In this document: one piece after another, positions 52,086-64,000 of the stretch
How the letters are laid out: each line of letters begins with the position of its first letter
Numbering within the stretch: the first letter of the stretch is position 1
NCBI RefSeq assembly: GCF_000150275.1
Contig: NW_002060953.1
Location: 1,973,429-2,037,428, forward strand
DNA from: Trichoplax adhaerens
Lineage: Eukaryota; Animalia; Placozoa
Direction of reading: 5' to 3'
DNA: 64,000 bases
Notes under the pieces: generated by a model
Databases searched by the model: none
Seen by the model: the letters and a program-made list of their open reading frames with translations, nothing else
Told to the model about the DNA's origin: nothing
Translations under genes and position numbers: made by a program

Positions 52086-55000
52086 ATGATTGCAAGAATT
52101 CATGTACTAGCCTTCTATCCTGTAATAATTGGCATTCATTTCGGTAATTTAATCGATTTAGTCAATCGTTCTTTTAATTTTATAATATAAATCTTAATAC
52201 ATGGTATTACCAAATGGAAAGTTATTTTTTTTCCGGGTAAAAAATACTTCACTTAGTGTTATCAATAGAGAGAATTTATATGGCGTTTAAATTTAATCAG
52301 ATATACGCATTCTTTTTATTGCCTTTTGTAGCTTAAAATTTAATTTTCTAGCTCTGTTGTCTCTGAAATTTACTTTGCGCAATATTCTACCATGACATTT
52401 TTAATAATATAGACGAAAATAGTGATTACCGCTGGTATTACCAATATGAAGCGTCATTATCATATAAAGAAATACTAATTACTTACATCAACTTCCAAAT
52501 GCTTCTAAAGTATTGAAATAGAATTATGTATAAGCATAGCAAGAGAAGCATGCTGTAATTTTCTATCGCCTCGTATGTTGTTACGGCTATTCCAATAAAG
52601 ATAGTAAACTTTTTTAGTCATATTTGCGATGTCTTCATAAGATCTGTTTATCCTTTTAGCTTATGGTTTGAATCAGCCTGTGCCTGATTGCAGTGACTTA
52701 GGTATCTACGCCATAGATTTGATATTTTTAACTTGTTAGATTGCAAGCCAAGATTATCGGTGAAATAATCGACATAAAATAGTTTAATAGAAAATACTTG
52801 ATATTAATAGATAATCTAATATAGAGATTATACTAGAAGTTTAATTTCAGTCAATGTTCTTCTAATTCAACGACTAGATCCGCTACCTTCGATGAACTCT
52901 GTAAGCTCAACGATAGTATGCAGAAATTTCAAAATTAGCTGGAATCCTATAGCTGTCCGATCGTCATGTTCATCCGTTATTCGATATCGAATTTCTTATA
53001 AAATCTATTCGTCCAATGGCGACTCAAACTGGCATTCTACCTGCAACGAAACCTCACAACTTTACTGTAATATAGAACTTGAAAAGGGACTTATTGGAGC
53101 TACGGTTGTTTACAAAGTTATAGCATTTACTCACTCCAATCCAAGGTTGCAATCAAGCAGTAAAGATAATAGAGATTGGCCTAATGTTTCTTGTAAGTAG
53201 AATTATAGTCTCTAAAAAGCGATCTTTTAGTCCAATCATGACTTGTGCATATTGGGTGATTCAGAATCAGAAGCATCATAAAATGTATTAATTCGTTACC
53301 AAAAATTGATAATATCTGGATTAAGATTAATTGGAGTACTTTCAGAGATAGATCTACCAGCAATGATCTATAAAAGTAACGTGATAGCAGAACAACATTT
53401 TTTATACAGAATACATCTACTGATAAATCAAGTTAAAAGTATGGTAATAGCCGACTAAGATGATTTTAAGAAAAAAAACTACTGAAAAACATGTGTAAAA
53501 TTAACATGATTATTTTAAGAGAATAATCCTACGTTAATGAAGTCTAAAAGTAGCATAATAGCAGAATAAAATTATTTGCAGCGAGTAGATCGACTGATAA
53601 TCAAGTATAAAAGTAGACCGATAGACGATTAAGATTACTTGCGTAGAATAGATCGACTGATAATCGAGTATAAAAGTAAAGTGTTGGCCGACTAAGATTA
53701 CTAGTTGAGAAGATCTACTGACAAACAAATAAAGAAATAGCGTTATAGCCCATTAAGATTATTCGCATAAAATAGATCTGCTAATAATCAAGTGTGAAAG
53801 TAGCATGATAGACCATTATGATTTACGATCAAAGAACGGATCTGTAACAGAAGGCTTGCGTGATCTAGCTGAACTAATAGTCCGTCGGGTATTTCGTCTC
53901 TGTAATGTAACTTAGTATTGTAATTGTAGACTGTTAGCCATGTTTAGTATAATGTACGGTAGATATTTATCCTAAGAGATATTTGGTAGCTATAACTATA
54001 GACTGCAGTGGTAGAGACTCTATGCTAGAGTACAGATGACTACTATATACAGTAAGCTGTTGAGTTACTAATATGGCTATAGGTAAAAATAGAACTGTAA
54101 ATCATATATTAGGATATGGTTAATTCATTGTACTTGGGCTGGTCTGAATAATGTCTACGTAAGTACTGTAGTTGTATCCATATTGGATTAATGATGGTCG
54201 CAGTAGAATAGTCTTTCTAAGAATAATTTAACTATGTGTAATATAAGGTAAAAGGCAACCATGCGGATAGTAGCTGCCAATGCTACGAAAAGTATAAAAG
54301 CATGCAACTTTAGATTATTCTGTTAGTTCGTTGTAGAAGTCTTTAGTAGCAGTATTCGGCTAGAGTAGAGCTGTGTGTGGTTAATCTTTGCATAAGATTC
54401 AAGAAAGCCCTTATTTTCTAAAATTTTGGAATCTCGTGATTGGTATATATCACAGTCTCCTACTAACTTAGAGACTAATGGTAATGGAGCTAACTTGCTT
54501 CTGTTATAAGAATTACTCCAGCTCCCTTAATTAAGTATTTCGAATGCTTTACTTTATTAATGCTACGAGCGCCGACAAAATACTGTCTAGTAATCTATTA
54601 AACGTGGAACTAAGCAGTTAAATAGCAACAGGTCTTTATATACTCTTGCTTTAGACCGGTAGTACATACCAGATAATTGTACCGACTATAATTATTATAT
54701 AAGATCATTATGAAAAAACAGGCAAATGTAGTTAAAATAATTTAGTACTGGAAAAACAAGGTAATTGCAAACATCACTAATAAATAAAAGTTAGTCATAA
54801 GCCAATTAAGGCCTTGAGGCTCTGGACGACAAAAGCATCCTGGCATTTACAGTGCCGAAAATAATCGACAATATTAAATTAACAATACCTATCTAATACT
54901 ACAGCATGTCAAGCAAATTGACGAAAAGACCACAATCTGTGTTCGGTTATATATTTCAATAGACAAAAATAACCTAAGTTACTTCTAAAAACTAATGCAA

Positions 55001-58000
55001 TGTAACCTATTAAGAACAGAACTGCTCAGTTGTTAATAAAGGCCGTTATATGGAGCATTGCACCTTCACAAGATCTTTTGACAATCAAGTGTAAAAGTAG
55101 TGTGCTAGCAATTTAGTATAGTCTCATCTTACCATATAACCTTAATTGGATCGAGATCTATTCTATGTAACTCCTGAAATTTGTTTATGTATTAACTCTC
55201 TACATTATTCTTGAAATAATATAAAAGTTAAGCCTCAACCACCTACGGATTGCGAAACATTGACAGATGATGAAAATCAACGCGTTACTTTAAAATGTCG
55301 CTATCATGAGGATTGCTACTTCGGCGAAAGCTACAAATATGATTTCTATTTGGGTGTAAGAGATTCATCTGAAAAGCCTAAAAAGGTAATTTATCCTTAT
55401 AATCGATAACTTGCTACATAATTTCAAAATTAAATAGGGTAAGGCTAATTAGTAGCGCAAGATGGATAAGCTAATAAACTGTTATTTTGAAATTAAGTTA
55501 CAGACACTTGAATAAATCTCTGTATAGAAAGTTCAGAATTCTTATTATTAGTATCTAAATTCAATCATCATCTAATTTACTCCTGCAGTTTACAGTAGAA
55601 GACTCAATTTCCAAAGTTCTGGACTATTCCTATTTTACAGTAAACGTAAACTACTACTGGTACGCTCTCAGTGTGGTTTCATTTACTGGTCAAAAAAGCG
55701 ATTTTACCGATCAAATTAATTTCACACTACCTAATTCCAAGCCAAAACCGCATTCAATTACTTCATTATCTACGGATCCTATAATAATGTCATCTATAAC
55801 GTCCTTCGTAACGAGTTCAACAATTGCTATCTTAACGCAAGCACTACTTATAACCAATTCAGTAAGCACAAGATCGACTTTAAATGTGCCTTCGGTCAGT
55901 TCTACATCTTTAAGACCCACTATATCTTCGTCGACATCGAGTGGCATATCTATAATACCGACTAAAACATTATCGTCGACGAGTAGACAACATTACCCGT
56001 CAACTGCAAAAGAACCTACAAAAAAGTCTACAAAATCTACGACTAATTCACCAGTAACTTTGTCACCATCATCCTCGGTTCCTAGATTTACGAATAATAC
56101 TCTATCACCTGATATCACATGCAAAAATCTAGGTAAACATATTTACAGATCTAGGCCAAATTAAAATTCTACATACTTTCTCTCTATATATTACGGCTAA
56201 TGTATACGTTATATACTTGCGAAGTTTTATAACAAATAAGCGCTATATTATTTCGATATGATGTCATTACGACAATTTTATCTAGCTTGCAAATAATATT
56301 TAGACAACTCTTCTATTCTCTACGAATTTATATTATAATCATATTATCTCCATAATATTTCAATCTAACATTTACTTGAGGCAATACCTGAAATAATCCG
56401 GTCAAAAATAGATATAGGCTAGATTAAATTACTAATCTAGTTGTACCATAAATTTATAGCGTATTATAGCCTGACTTAGATTAGTTAATCGATTAATTAT
56501 TAGAACTGTATCGTCAATAGTGCGAATAATTATCGGAGTACTGAAACAGTTTTATTTTCAAAATGGAACAGTATCATTAAATTAAGTAAAAAAAAGTACT
56601 AGAAGTTAATTATACCATGGTTTTGAAATAGTTTTAACTTAGCTATGATAATAATTAGTACTGTATCTTCAATAGTTCTAATCGTTATCGGAATGCCAAA
56701 AGTTTTATTTCCGATATTATTAAGTTAAATGTAAATTAAAGTATCGAAGGTTGACTATTTAGTTTATCATCTTCCCACATCTATTTGTAGTTCTTAGAAA
56801 CACGTTTAATTTATTTCAATATTTCAGCTAAATTTATTTCTTAGTATTAAAAATCTTTAGGAGTAATTAATTACCTTAGCAATATTGTATAATTCTATAG
56901 AGTAGTCTATTCAAATTCAGTAGAAGATATAATGGAAATACATTCATAAATTTATAAATAACAGTATCGATTAACTTTTGTACCTAGAGTGAGCTCTTTG
57001 ACATTATCTACTTTACTATAAGCTAATCACATATCTAGTAACCCTGCTAGAAGTAACTTCTCGGTCTTTTTAGGGTTCTTTGTTGTAAAAGACATCCAAT
57101 AAATACTCCGATTGTCAATATATCCGTACATAGCTAATAATGCTTCCTCTATGTTACATTTCTTATTGTTAATCACTTTGTTGTATAATCTTTCGTATCA
57201 GCTTTGAATCGATTCGCCTAATTTTCGCTTAATATTAGATTTAGATCACTTGCCAACTGTTCGTAATGTGAAGTTAGTAATGGAATGTGATACATGCAAG
57301 ATTAATTGGTATCCACCAAATATTAATTCCCGATGTCTGCCTTTCATTCAATACCAAGTTCATTATGATATTCTTCGGATATTTCCAAAAATATTAATCA
57401 ATGGAATACTGTTTGTGATTCTATAAATGATACAAGTTGTCAGTTTCCAATCAACAGTAGTACAGTAGGTTCTACTTTAATCTATGAAGTCATCACTATA
57501 TTTACATGGACAAATTCGAAGTCTAAATTACGTAGACAGACTTATCTGGACTTTCGCTGTAGGTTTTTAACGTGGAGTGGCTTTTATTTCTAGATTGATA
57601 TTATAATATTAACAATTTTAGAAGGGATTAATTAAATAATAAGGTATGATATTGTTGCATTTGATAATAATGGAAATTATGATTTAATTTGTATATTATA
57701 TTAGTTAAACCGGAAAAACCCAAGGATTGCTATAGCTGTATCGATTATCATCAAAGAAAGGTCGAATTAACTTGTTATCATTCTGAAAGGTGCCTAGCTG
57801 TAACTGCACATATATACAATTTCTATCTATTGCAACAAAACTCAATCTTTAAAGTTTTAGAGGTAAATAATAATACATGGTAACATCTTAGAGTTAATTT
57901 CTATTTCATGGAAAATTGAAGGATTTGCAATAGCTTAGAATAGTCCGGTAATAAAATAGAGAAGTATTTAATATTATAAGTAACACCTTTATGTGATAAT

Positions 58001-61000
58001 TTTAGCCATATTACATAAACTTAGAATGGTCCAGCATTAACATAGAGATGCATTCAACACTGTTAGTATTACATTTAGGTTGTGATTTTAGTTATATGCC
58101 ATAAAAAACAAAGATATAGGAGGTTATAGTTAGCACTAAAATTTGGCGATCTATCATTATTTTCAATCATAAAATTAGTAATTTCGAAATTAGGAAGGTT
58201 TATTATATGCATTAGAAGGACGTATATTTCAGTTAGATAAATTAAAACCAGCACAACAAGTAGAAGATTACTGTCTTAACGTATCCCTAAACTTAATCTT
58301 AATTTCTCTCTAAATCAAATCATCTAATCCTCTTTCATATACCTACGCTACTTAAATCATTATCAAATGAATATCTTTTAACCACAGAGGGTATCAACCT
58401 TGTAATATCGTTTTCACAGTAATTTTAGTCCACAGAGGAATCCAGTACTATAAAAGCTTTTTATTACAAGGTTCTAAAGAATAGTACAGCAATAATTAAT
58501 TACTCACAAGAATCTAGTCTAAAGTAATCTGAGCTCAATTAGATATCAAATCTTTTCTCCTCCTTTACGCTCAGATTTGTACACCTTATATACTTTTCTC
58601 TGAATCTATTTAAGGCAATAACATCGTCTACAATCAGACATGAATCATCACTACATTTTACAGTATTAATCAAACTGCTACAATATTATTACTTTACCAT
58701 TAATGTCCAACACCGTAAGGTATTGGGCATCTTTACAATCTTAGTATTTCAAGTCGTATAACGTCCTGTACCATAACTAGTTAACAGCTATATTAGTGAA
58801 TAACACCTTCTAATATAGTAGTTACCAGTCACCTAAATCTAGCAGCACAAGAATATCTATTTTTAGAAACTTAACTATTCTAAATATAGTACGCAACACA
58901 ATCAAATATAGCTATCGCTACAAGCAAATATAGGGTGCATCACTACAAACCTGCATACTGTACATACGAAATCAACTAAATGCTACTATTCAATATAAAT
59001 CATTGATTTTACCACATTATCTCGATATCATAGACTATTAACCTATCATAGCTCATCGCAATGCAGGCATTATTATAATCTATCAGAATTTATTAATAAC
59101 TTACATTCCCACATGTTTACCATTATTACCTATCAGAAGCGATCCCTATAATTGATTAATGTATCTAATAATAATTAATCGACAAGAATAAATTAATCCA
59201 AGTTGGAAGTTAAATTGCAGCACTACTGAGGTATTCTGAGCTTCAACGCTAGTAATCTTTGCTATTTCAGTCCTAATCTTTGTAGCACAGAATAGCTAGC
59301 CAATACTTAAAAAGATTTATGATTTTCGAGTAACACTTTACTCTTTCAGTATCGTATTTATCTTAGAAAAGCTACTAATGACTTCAATATCAAGCAGTTG
59401 CCAACTAAAATGCGTACAAATATATATATATTAACATATACATAAATAATTCTTATTTTTCGCTACCGAGTATTTTAATTTTATATTATAGATTAAATGT
59501 AAAATATTTAAACTTTACTGGATAATATTTACACAATTTGTTCATATTAGATCCCTCAAAGTGATGCTAGTACCTTGGCCATCGGATTTAATCATCTTAA
59601 ATATGATACTAATTACTATTGGTTTAGTAATGCTGTTAATAACTACAATATAAGCAGCGACAATTCGACCATGTCGCATTTTTCTATATTATCAACAAAA
59701 GCATACGCTAGCTCTGTTGGTACTCCATCTACTATTTGTGAATATCTAACTATCCAATCTGGAAGACCTGATAATCAATGTAATGATACAGGTTGGCATC
59801 CAATATTAGCTTTATTAAATAGATCATATACAGATTGAGTAAACGAAATATTACATCAGATAATGATTTCTTTTTACTAATTAATACTGTAATTTAATTC
59901 AACATTTTTCATGCAATCTTCTAGAAAGTAATCTACTTCTTTATTAACAGCTATCAGAGAATGACTACTGTAGCATAATGATACCATAAGAAATGATAAT
60001 CTCTGTTTTAAATCCGCTCATCAACTTTAAGTGTAGTAGCGTTATAATAATCAATCAAAGTTTACTATCGTAAAAGTTTAATCTTAAGATTATAAGTACA
60101 ATTAAAGGACTACTTTAATCAAATACTCATATCCGTCTACAATACATAGGATTTTCCGATCTTAGATAAAAACAATGTTCCCGTTTTACTTATTGTACAA
60201 GTTTAAATAAATCTTCATAAGCTATCTGAATAGAATAGTACCGTGCCATACTGACTTTGAATATAATATCACATCCAGTTCTTTTACTCATTAAAGTCTG
60301 ACTTATAACTATCTTCGAGTCAAGTTAACTATCGCACATTATATCATATACCATTACTAATTCCAAATTAGATTATGCATCTGATGTATTATATATATCC
60401 TTTCATTTGATATTTCATCCCTGAAAAGTATTAAATGTATCGTGTGTATCTTTAGGTGTTAATATTAGCAATGTTAGACTAGAAGCTACTTGGACGGCAG
60501 TCTATGTTAAGTGGGATACCGAAATTGCGAAAGCCGAAGAAAATTGTTCATTAAAAGTTTATTATCAACTGGAGTATGCTGTTGTCAGAAATGGAACCGA
60601 TACTGATAATTGGATGATAGCTTGCAAAAATATCACTTCCAAGGAATGCTTTTTCAAACGAGATTGTTCCACGCTAAATAAATCACTTATCTACAAAATA
60701 ACGGCTACAAATCACCATGGTCAAATCTTAACCGTTAGCAGTAATCAAACTTATTTTCCAGGTCAGTTTAAGCAATACAATGGATATAAAATTTTAAATA
60801 AAACGATTCATACGTACAACAATTCAAACTTTCATGAGCAGTTGTACAAATTGGTAACAGTGGTTTATTAACCATTATTGATTAACGGAAACGTGTCTTA
60901 TTAAAGCGTAAGATTTCACGCTATAAGTTATTAAGTCATTTTAGTATTTATATTAGTGACCAGTTTTAAATAAACTGATTCATACATTCTGTAATTCAGA

Positions 61001-63799
61001 TTTTGATATAAAGTTGGATTAATTGCTAATAGTAGGTTTGTCGACCATTAGTGAATAACCAAATAAGTCTTTTCGAAATAAATTGTTTTGTTGCGTGTAC
61101 TACTACGAGTCTTTTTAGGATTTTTGGTAGTGGTTATAGACTAACTGTTACACTCCTGTAATGTAACTTAGTATTGTGATTGTAGATTGCTAGCCATGTT
61201 TAGTATAATGTACGGTAGATATTATCCTAAGATATACAGTATTTGGTAGCTATAACTATAGACTGTAGTGGTAGAGACTCTATGCTAGAGTACAGATGAC
61301 TATATACAGTAAGTTGTTGAGTTACTGATAAGGTTATAGGTAAGAATAGAACTGTAAATCATATATTAGGATATGGTTAATTCATTGTACTTGGGCTGGT
61401 CTGAATAATGTCTACGTAAGTACTGTAGTTGTATCCATATTGGATTGATGATGGTCCGCAGTAGAATAGTCTTACTAAGAATAATTTAACTATGTGTAAT
61501 ATAAGGTAAAAGATTGCCATGCGGATTGTAGCTGCGAATGCTACGGAAAGTATAAAAGCATGCAACTTTAGATTATTCTGTTAGTACGTTCAAGAAGTCT
61601 TTAGAAGTAGTATTCGGCTAGAGTAGAGCTGTGTAGTTGATCTTTGTATATGATTCAAGAAAGCCCTTATTTTTCTAAAATTTTGGAATTTCGTGATTGG
61701 TATATATCACAACTCCACTAGTGACAAAGTTGTTTAAAAAAGCCAATCCTTGCAGAGAATGCCACTTACTAACTTAAAGAGGCGAAATTAGCTATATCAC
61801 CAAATAATTCAGTTCCAACGACCGAATACTATAGTATAATTATAGCGTTACTAATAGTGTAGACGAGGTGGTCAAAGATTTACTACTATTTATTACTAAA
61901 GAAATCTTGGCACCCACGATTATAGTCTTTACGATTCAATAGCAATTGATAAACTAGTTGACTATCTAGCCGACTAACTAACTAAAAAGGGATCTTCAGG
62001 CACCAGCCTTTTATAGTCTCGTCAGAATCTCCTGGTGTACATAAAGTAAAACTATCCTTCTAAACTTATAGTTAGGACGAGCTTACGCATCGTAACACTA
62101 ATATATAGACCGTTTTGGAGAAATATGAATAGGTAGAAACTATGGTACTAACAAATAGAGATACAATAGCTGTTGCAGATGAGATACGACTACAGAAAAA
62201 TATTGAAATTAATGATAACATATATCATAGCGGCTTAAGCAATATTCAAATCCTTATAAATAAAAGGAAGAGAAATTTAGGTATTATCAATTACAAAATA
62301 ATCTATATTGAAAAAGTGGCATGGAAGAAATGTAAATGCGGCTTTTATGAATACGTTACCATCACAACATCAAATAGTCCTAAGCGCTCAATTTGCGTAG
62401 AATCTTGAGATTAATTTAATATGCATAGCATCAACCTCCATGGAAATCCAGCATTATTAATAAACTAAGACTTTAGTATAACTTTTGTTTGTAATGAACT
62501 TCTTAGTGAATCCGAAATCTCCGGAACTCTGTAGCCTCAAAATGGTTGATAAGTATAAGAAGGAGAAATTGGTTCTGTCTTGTCCAGGAATGGCTAATGA
62601 TTGTGACTGGGTCAATATTAAAATCAAAATATGGCATCCGAATAGCACTAAAGTTAGTAACCATAATGAATATTTTTGGGTCCAAAAAATCGTGACCATT
62701 ACTGTACTATAACAAAAATAAACATAATTATCATCGTTTACAATTAGCGAAAGTTCGTTAGCCTATAAGGCAAGATGAAATGATGCTAGATGCCATTGTT
62801 TTTTATCGAAGGATCCAGATTTATATATCGTTACTCAGTACTCTTGAATAGTTGTCTAAATTCAAAGTAAAACTTATTAATATTTTAAATTAGGAGAGTT
62901 TTCGTGCAATATGCGGTAGTCGAACTAACAAGAAATTTAAATTCATACTTTATTACTTTGGAGGCACTTTATTTTATGAATATTCGATCGCTTTATTGTA
63001 GGCTAAGGTATTCTCATATAGCTACACACGCTATCGATCTATCGTAATTATGTCTCAAGATCAAATCCATAAACTTGCAAGGATTATAACATACTTTTGG
63101 CAAGCAAAAGTCGAAAATTTAGCTGGCCTAGAAAGCTCTTACACTACAATACGAAGCTTCAAGCCAGATTTCAGTAAATAAATTTAATTTTTAATATTAT
63201 ATCAATCGCTGTTTTATATGCTATGTAATTGAAGTATTCAAATTATTGGAATGCTGCTAAAATTTATCTTTTATTAAAATAATTTCCTTTACAATTATTA
63301 ACTTTCATTAAGTTGATGGGAGATTGTATTTACCATTTACATGTACCTTACTATAATTTTATGCGCAATCTGAAATTTTCTATGCTAACTGCAAGATCCT
63401 ATACCGTTTATTTTTACCATGATATTAATCGCCTTTTAATATCGTTGCTACGGTAGAAAATAATTACTTCCTTGTAAATTTCATTTCTTGAAAAAACTAA
63501 TCAAATTTATTGAATTCACAGATCCTTCACATACCATAAATACTATAGTCGTCGTTATAGGGACTGTCTTTGGCATTATATTTTTACTTGGTATTTCATG
63601 CATTCTACGCTTTCGCAAACATAGAAAATTAAGTGAGAATAATGTGCATGAATCACATCGTTCTGAATCGCACTATGATGAAATTTCGGTAGCAGAATCA
63701 ATAAATCTCAAAACTCTAAGGTCAGAAAGTCGAATCAGAAATCCAAATGCTTCACCCCACGATATTACATCCGAAATAGGACGCTATTTACAAGGATAG
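52086..63799 (+). CDS. Single-pass type I membrane protein R2, paralog of R1: signal peptide, three FN3 pairs, Ser/Thr mucin stalk after pair 1, TM, tail with HYDEI; frameshift in exon 6 as assembled
   Basis: Exons 52086-52143, 52660-52701, 52878-53192 (ISWNP...RYRISY...WHSTCNETSQLYCNI), 55228-55385, 55589-56132 (NYYWYA + S/T-rich), 57245-57558 (INWYPP...QYQVHY / WNTVCDSINDTSCQF, frameshifted), 57705-57862, 59551-59791 (HLKYDTNYYWF), 60456-60761 (DNWMIACKNITSKECFF), 62507-62652, 63002-63173 (TYFWQAKV), 63522-63799 (TM IVVVIGTVFGIIFLLGISCIL followed by RFRKHRK). The first five exons mirror R1 in size and phase. Confidence 0.78.
53345..53830. repeat. Degenerate ~64-bp minisatellite (R2 intron 3)
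   Basis: Recurring TAGATC.ACTGATAATC.AGT.TAAAAGTA......GAC.AAGATTA; cleanest copies at ~53585 and ~53649. Confidence 0.75.
53901..54454 (+). mobile_element. Solo LTR, family A copy 2 (554 bp), R2 intron 3
   Basis: TGTAATG...TATCACA termini; TSD GTCTC (53896-53900 / 54455-54459). Confidence 0.9.
61146..62097 (-). mobile_element. Solo LTR, family B copy 2, interrupted by family A copy 3
   Basis: Starts TGTTACACTCC (61146-61156), resumes ACTAGTGACAAAG at 61717 and ends CATCGTAACA at 62097. Flanks CTAAC / CTAAT (TSD with one mismatch). Carries ~38 bp absent from copy 1. Confidence 0.85.
61157..61711 (+). mobile_element. Solo LTR, family A copy 3 (555 bp), nested in LTR family B, R2 intron 9
   Basis: TGTAATG...TATCACA termini; TSD ACTCC (61152-61156 / 61712-61716). 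Confidence 0.9.
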
Positions 63800-64000
63800 A
63801 TTTAGACCAAATCAGCATGATTATTACTTATGCTTCTTAAATTATCATGATATTTTGGCTTTGCCCAGTTTAATTATTGTTTATAAACTAGGTTAAAGAT
63901 AAACTTATAAAGTTATGCTGATTTTGGTTATCAAATTTAATATTAACAATGGCCTCAATGTAGTAGTCCATAATTATAATTAGCATAAATAATTTTGAAT

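Noticed and set aside
61377-61565. ORF MHAFILSVAFAATIR... resembling a secreted peptide
   Set aside because: Lies antisense within solo LTR-A; incidental.

Overview
AT-rich, intron-rich eukaryotic (animal) genomic DNA with one assembly gap (N 8398-8635). Composition, short GT-AG introns and gene content suggest an early-branching metazoan such as a placozoan; this is inference, not shown by the sequence. Reconstructing exons by hand gives eight genes: two tandem calponin-homology (myophilin/transgelin-like) genes (+); two lysosomal phospholipase A2/LCAT-family paralogs (-) flanking a 4-coumarate-CoA-ligase/luciferase-family acyl-CoA synthetase (-); CDC16/APC6 (+); and two tandem single-pass receptor genes (+). 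The receptors are the most notable system. They are built from repeated two-domain FN3 modules carrying the W-x3-C-x7-C signature of tissue factor/class II (interferon-type) cytokine receptors, with mucin-like stalks and short Tyr-motif tails. The window also holds five solo LTRs of two families with 5-bp target-site duplications (one nested in another), a perfect 31-bp hairpin and several minisatellites. Exon boundaries are manual and lack transcript support.
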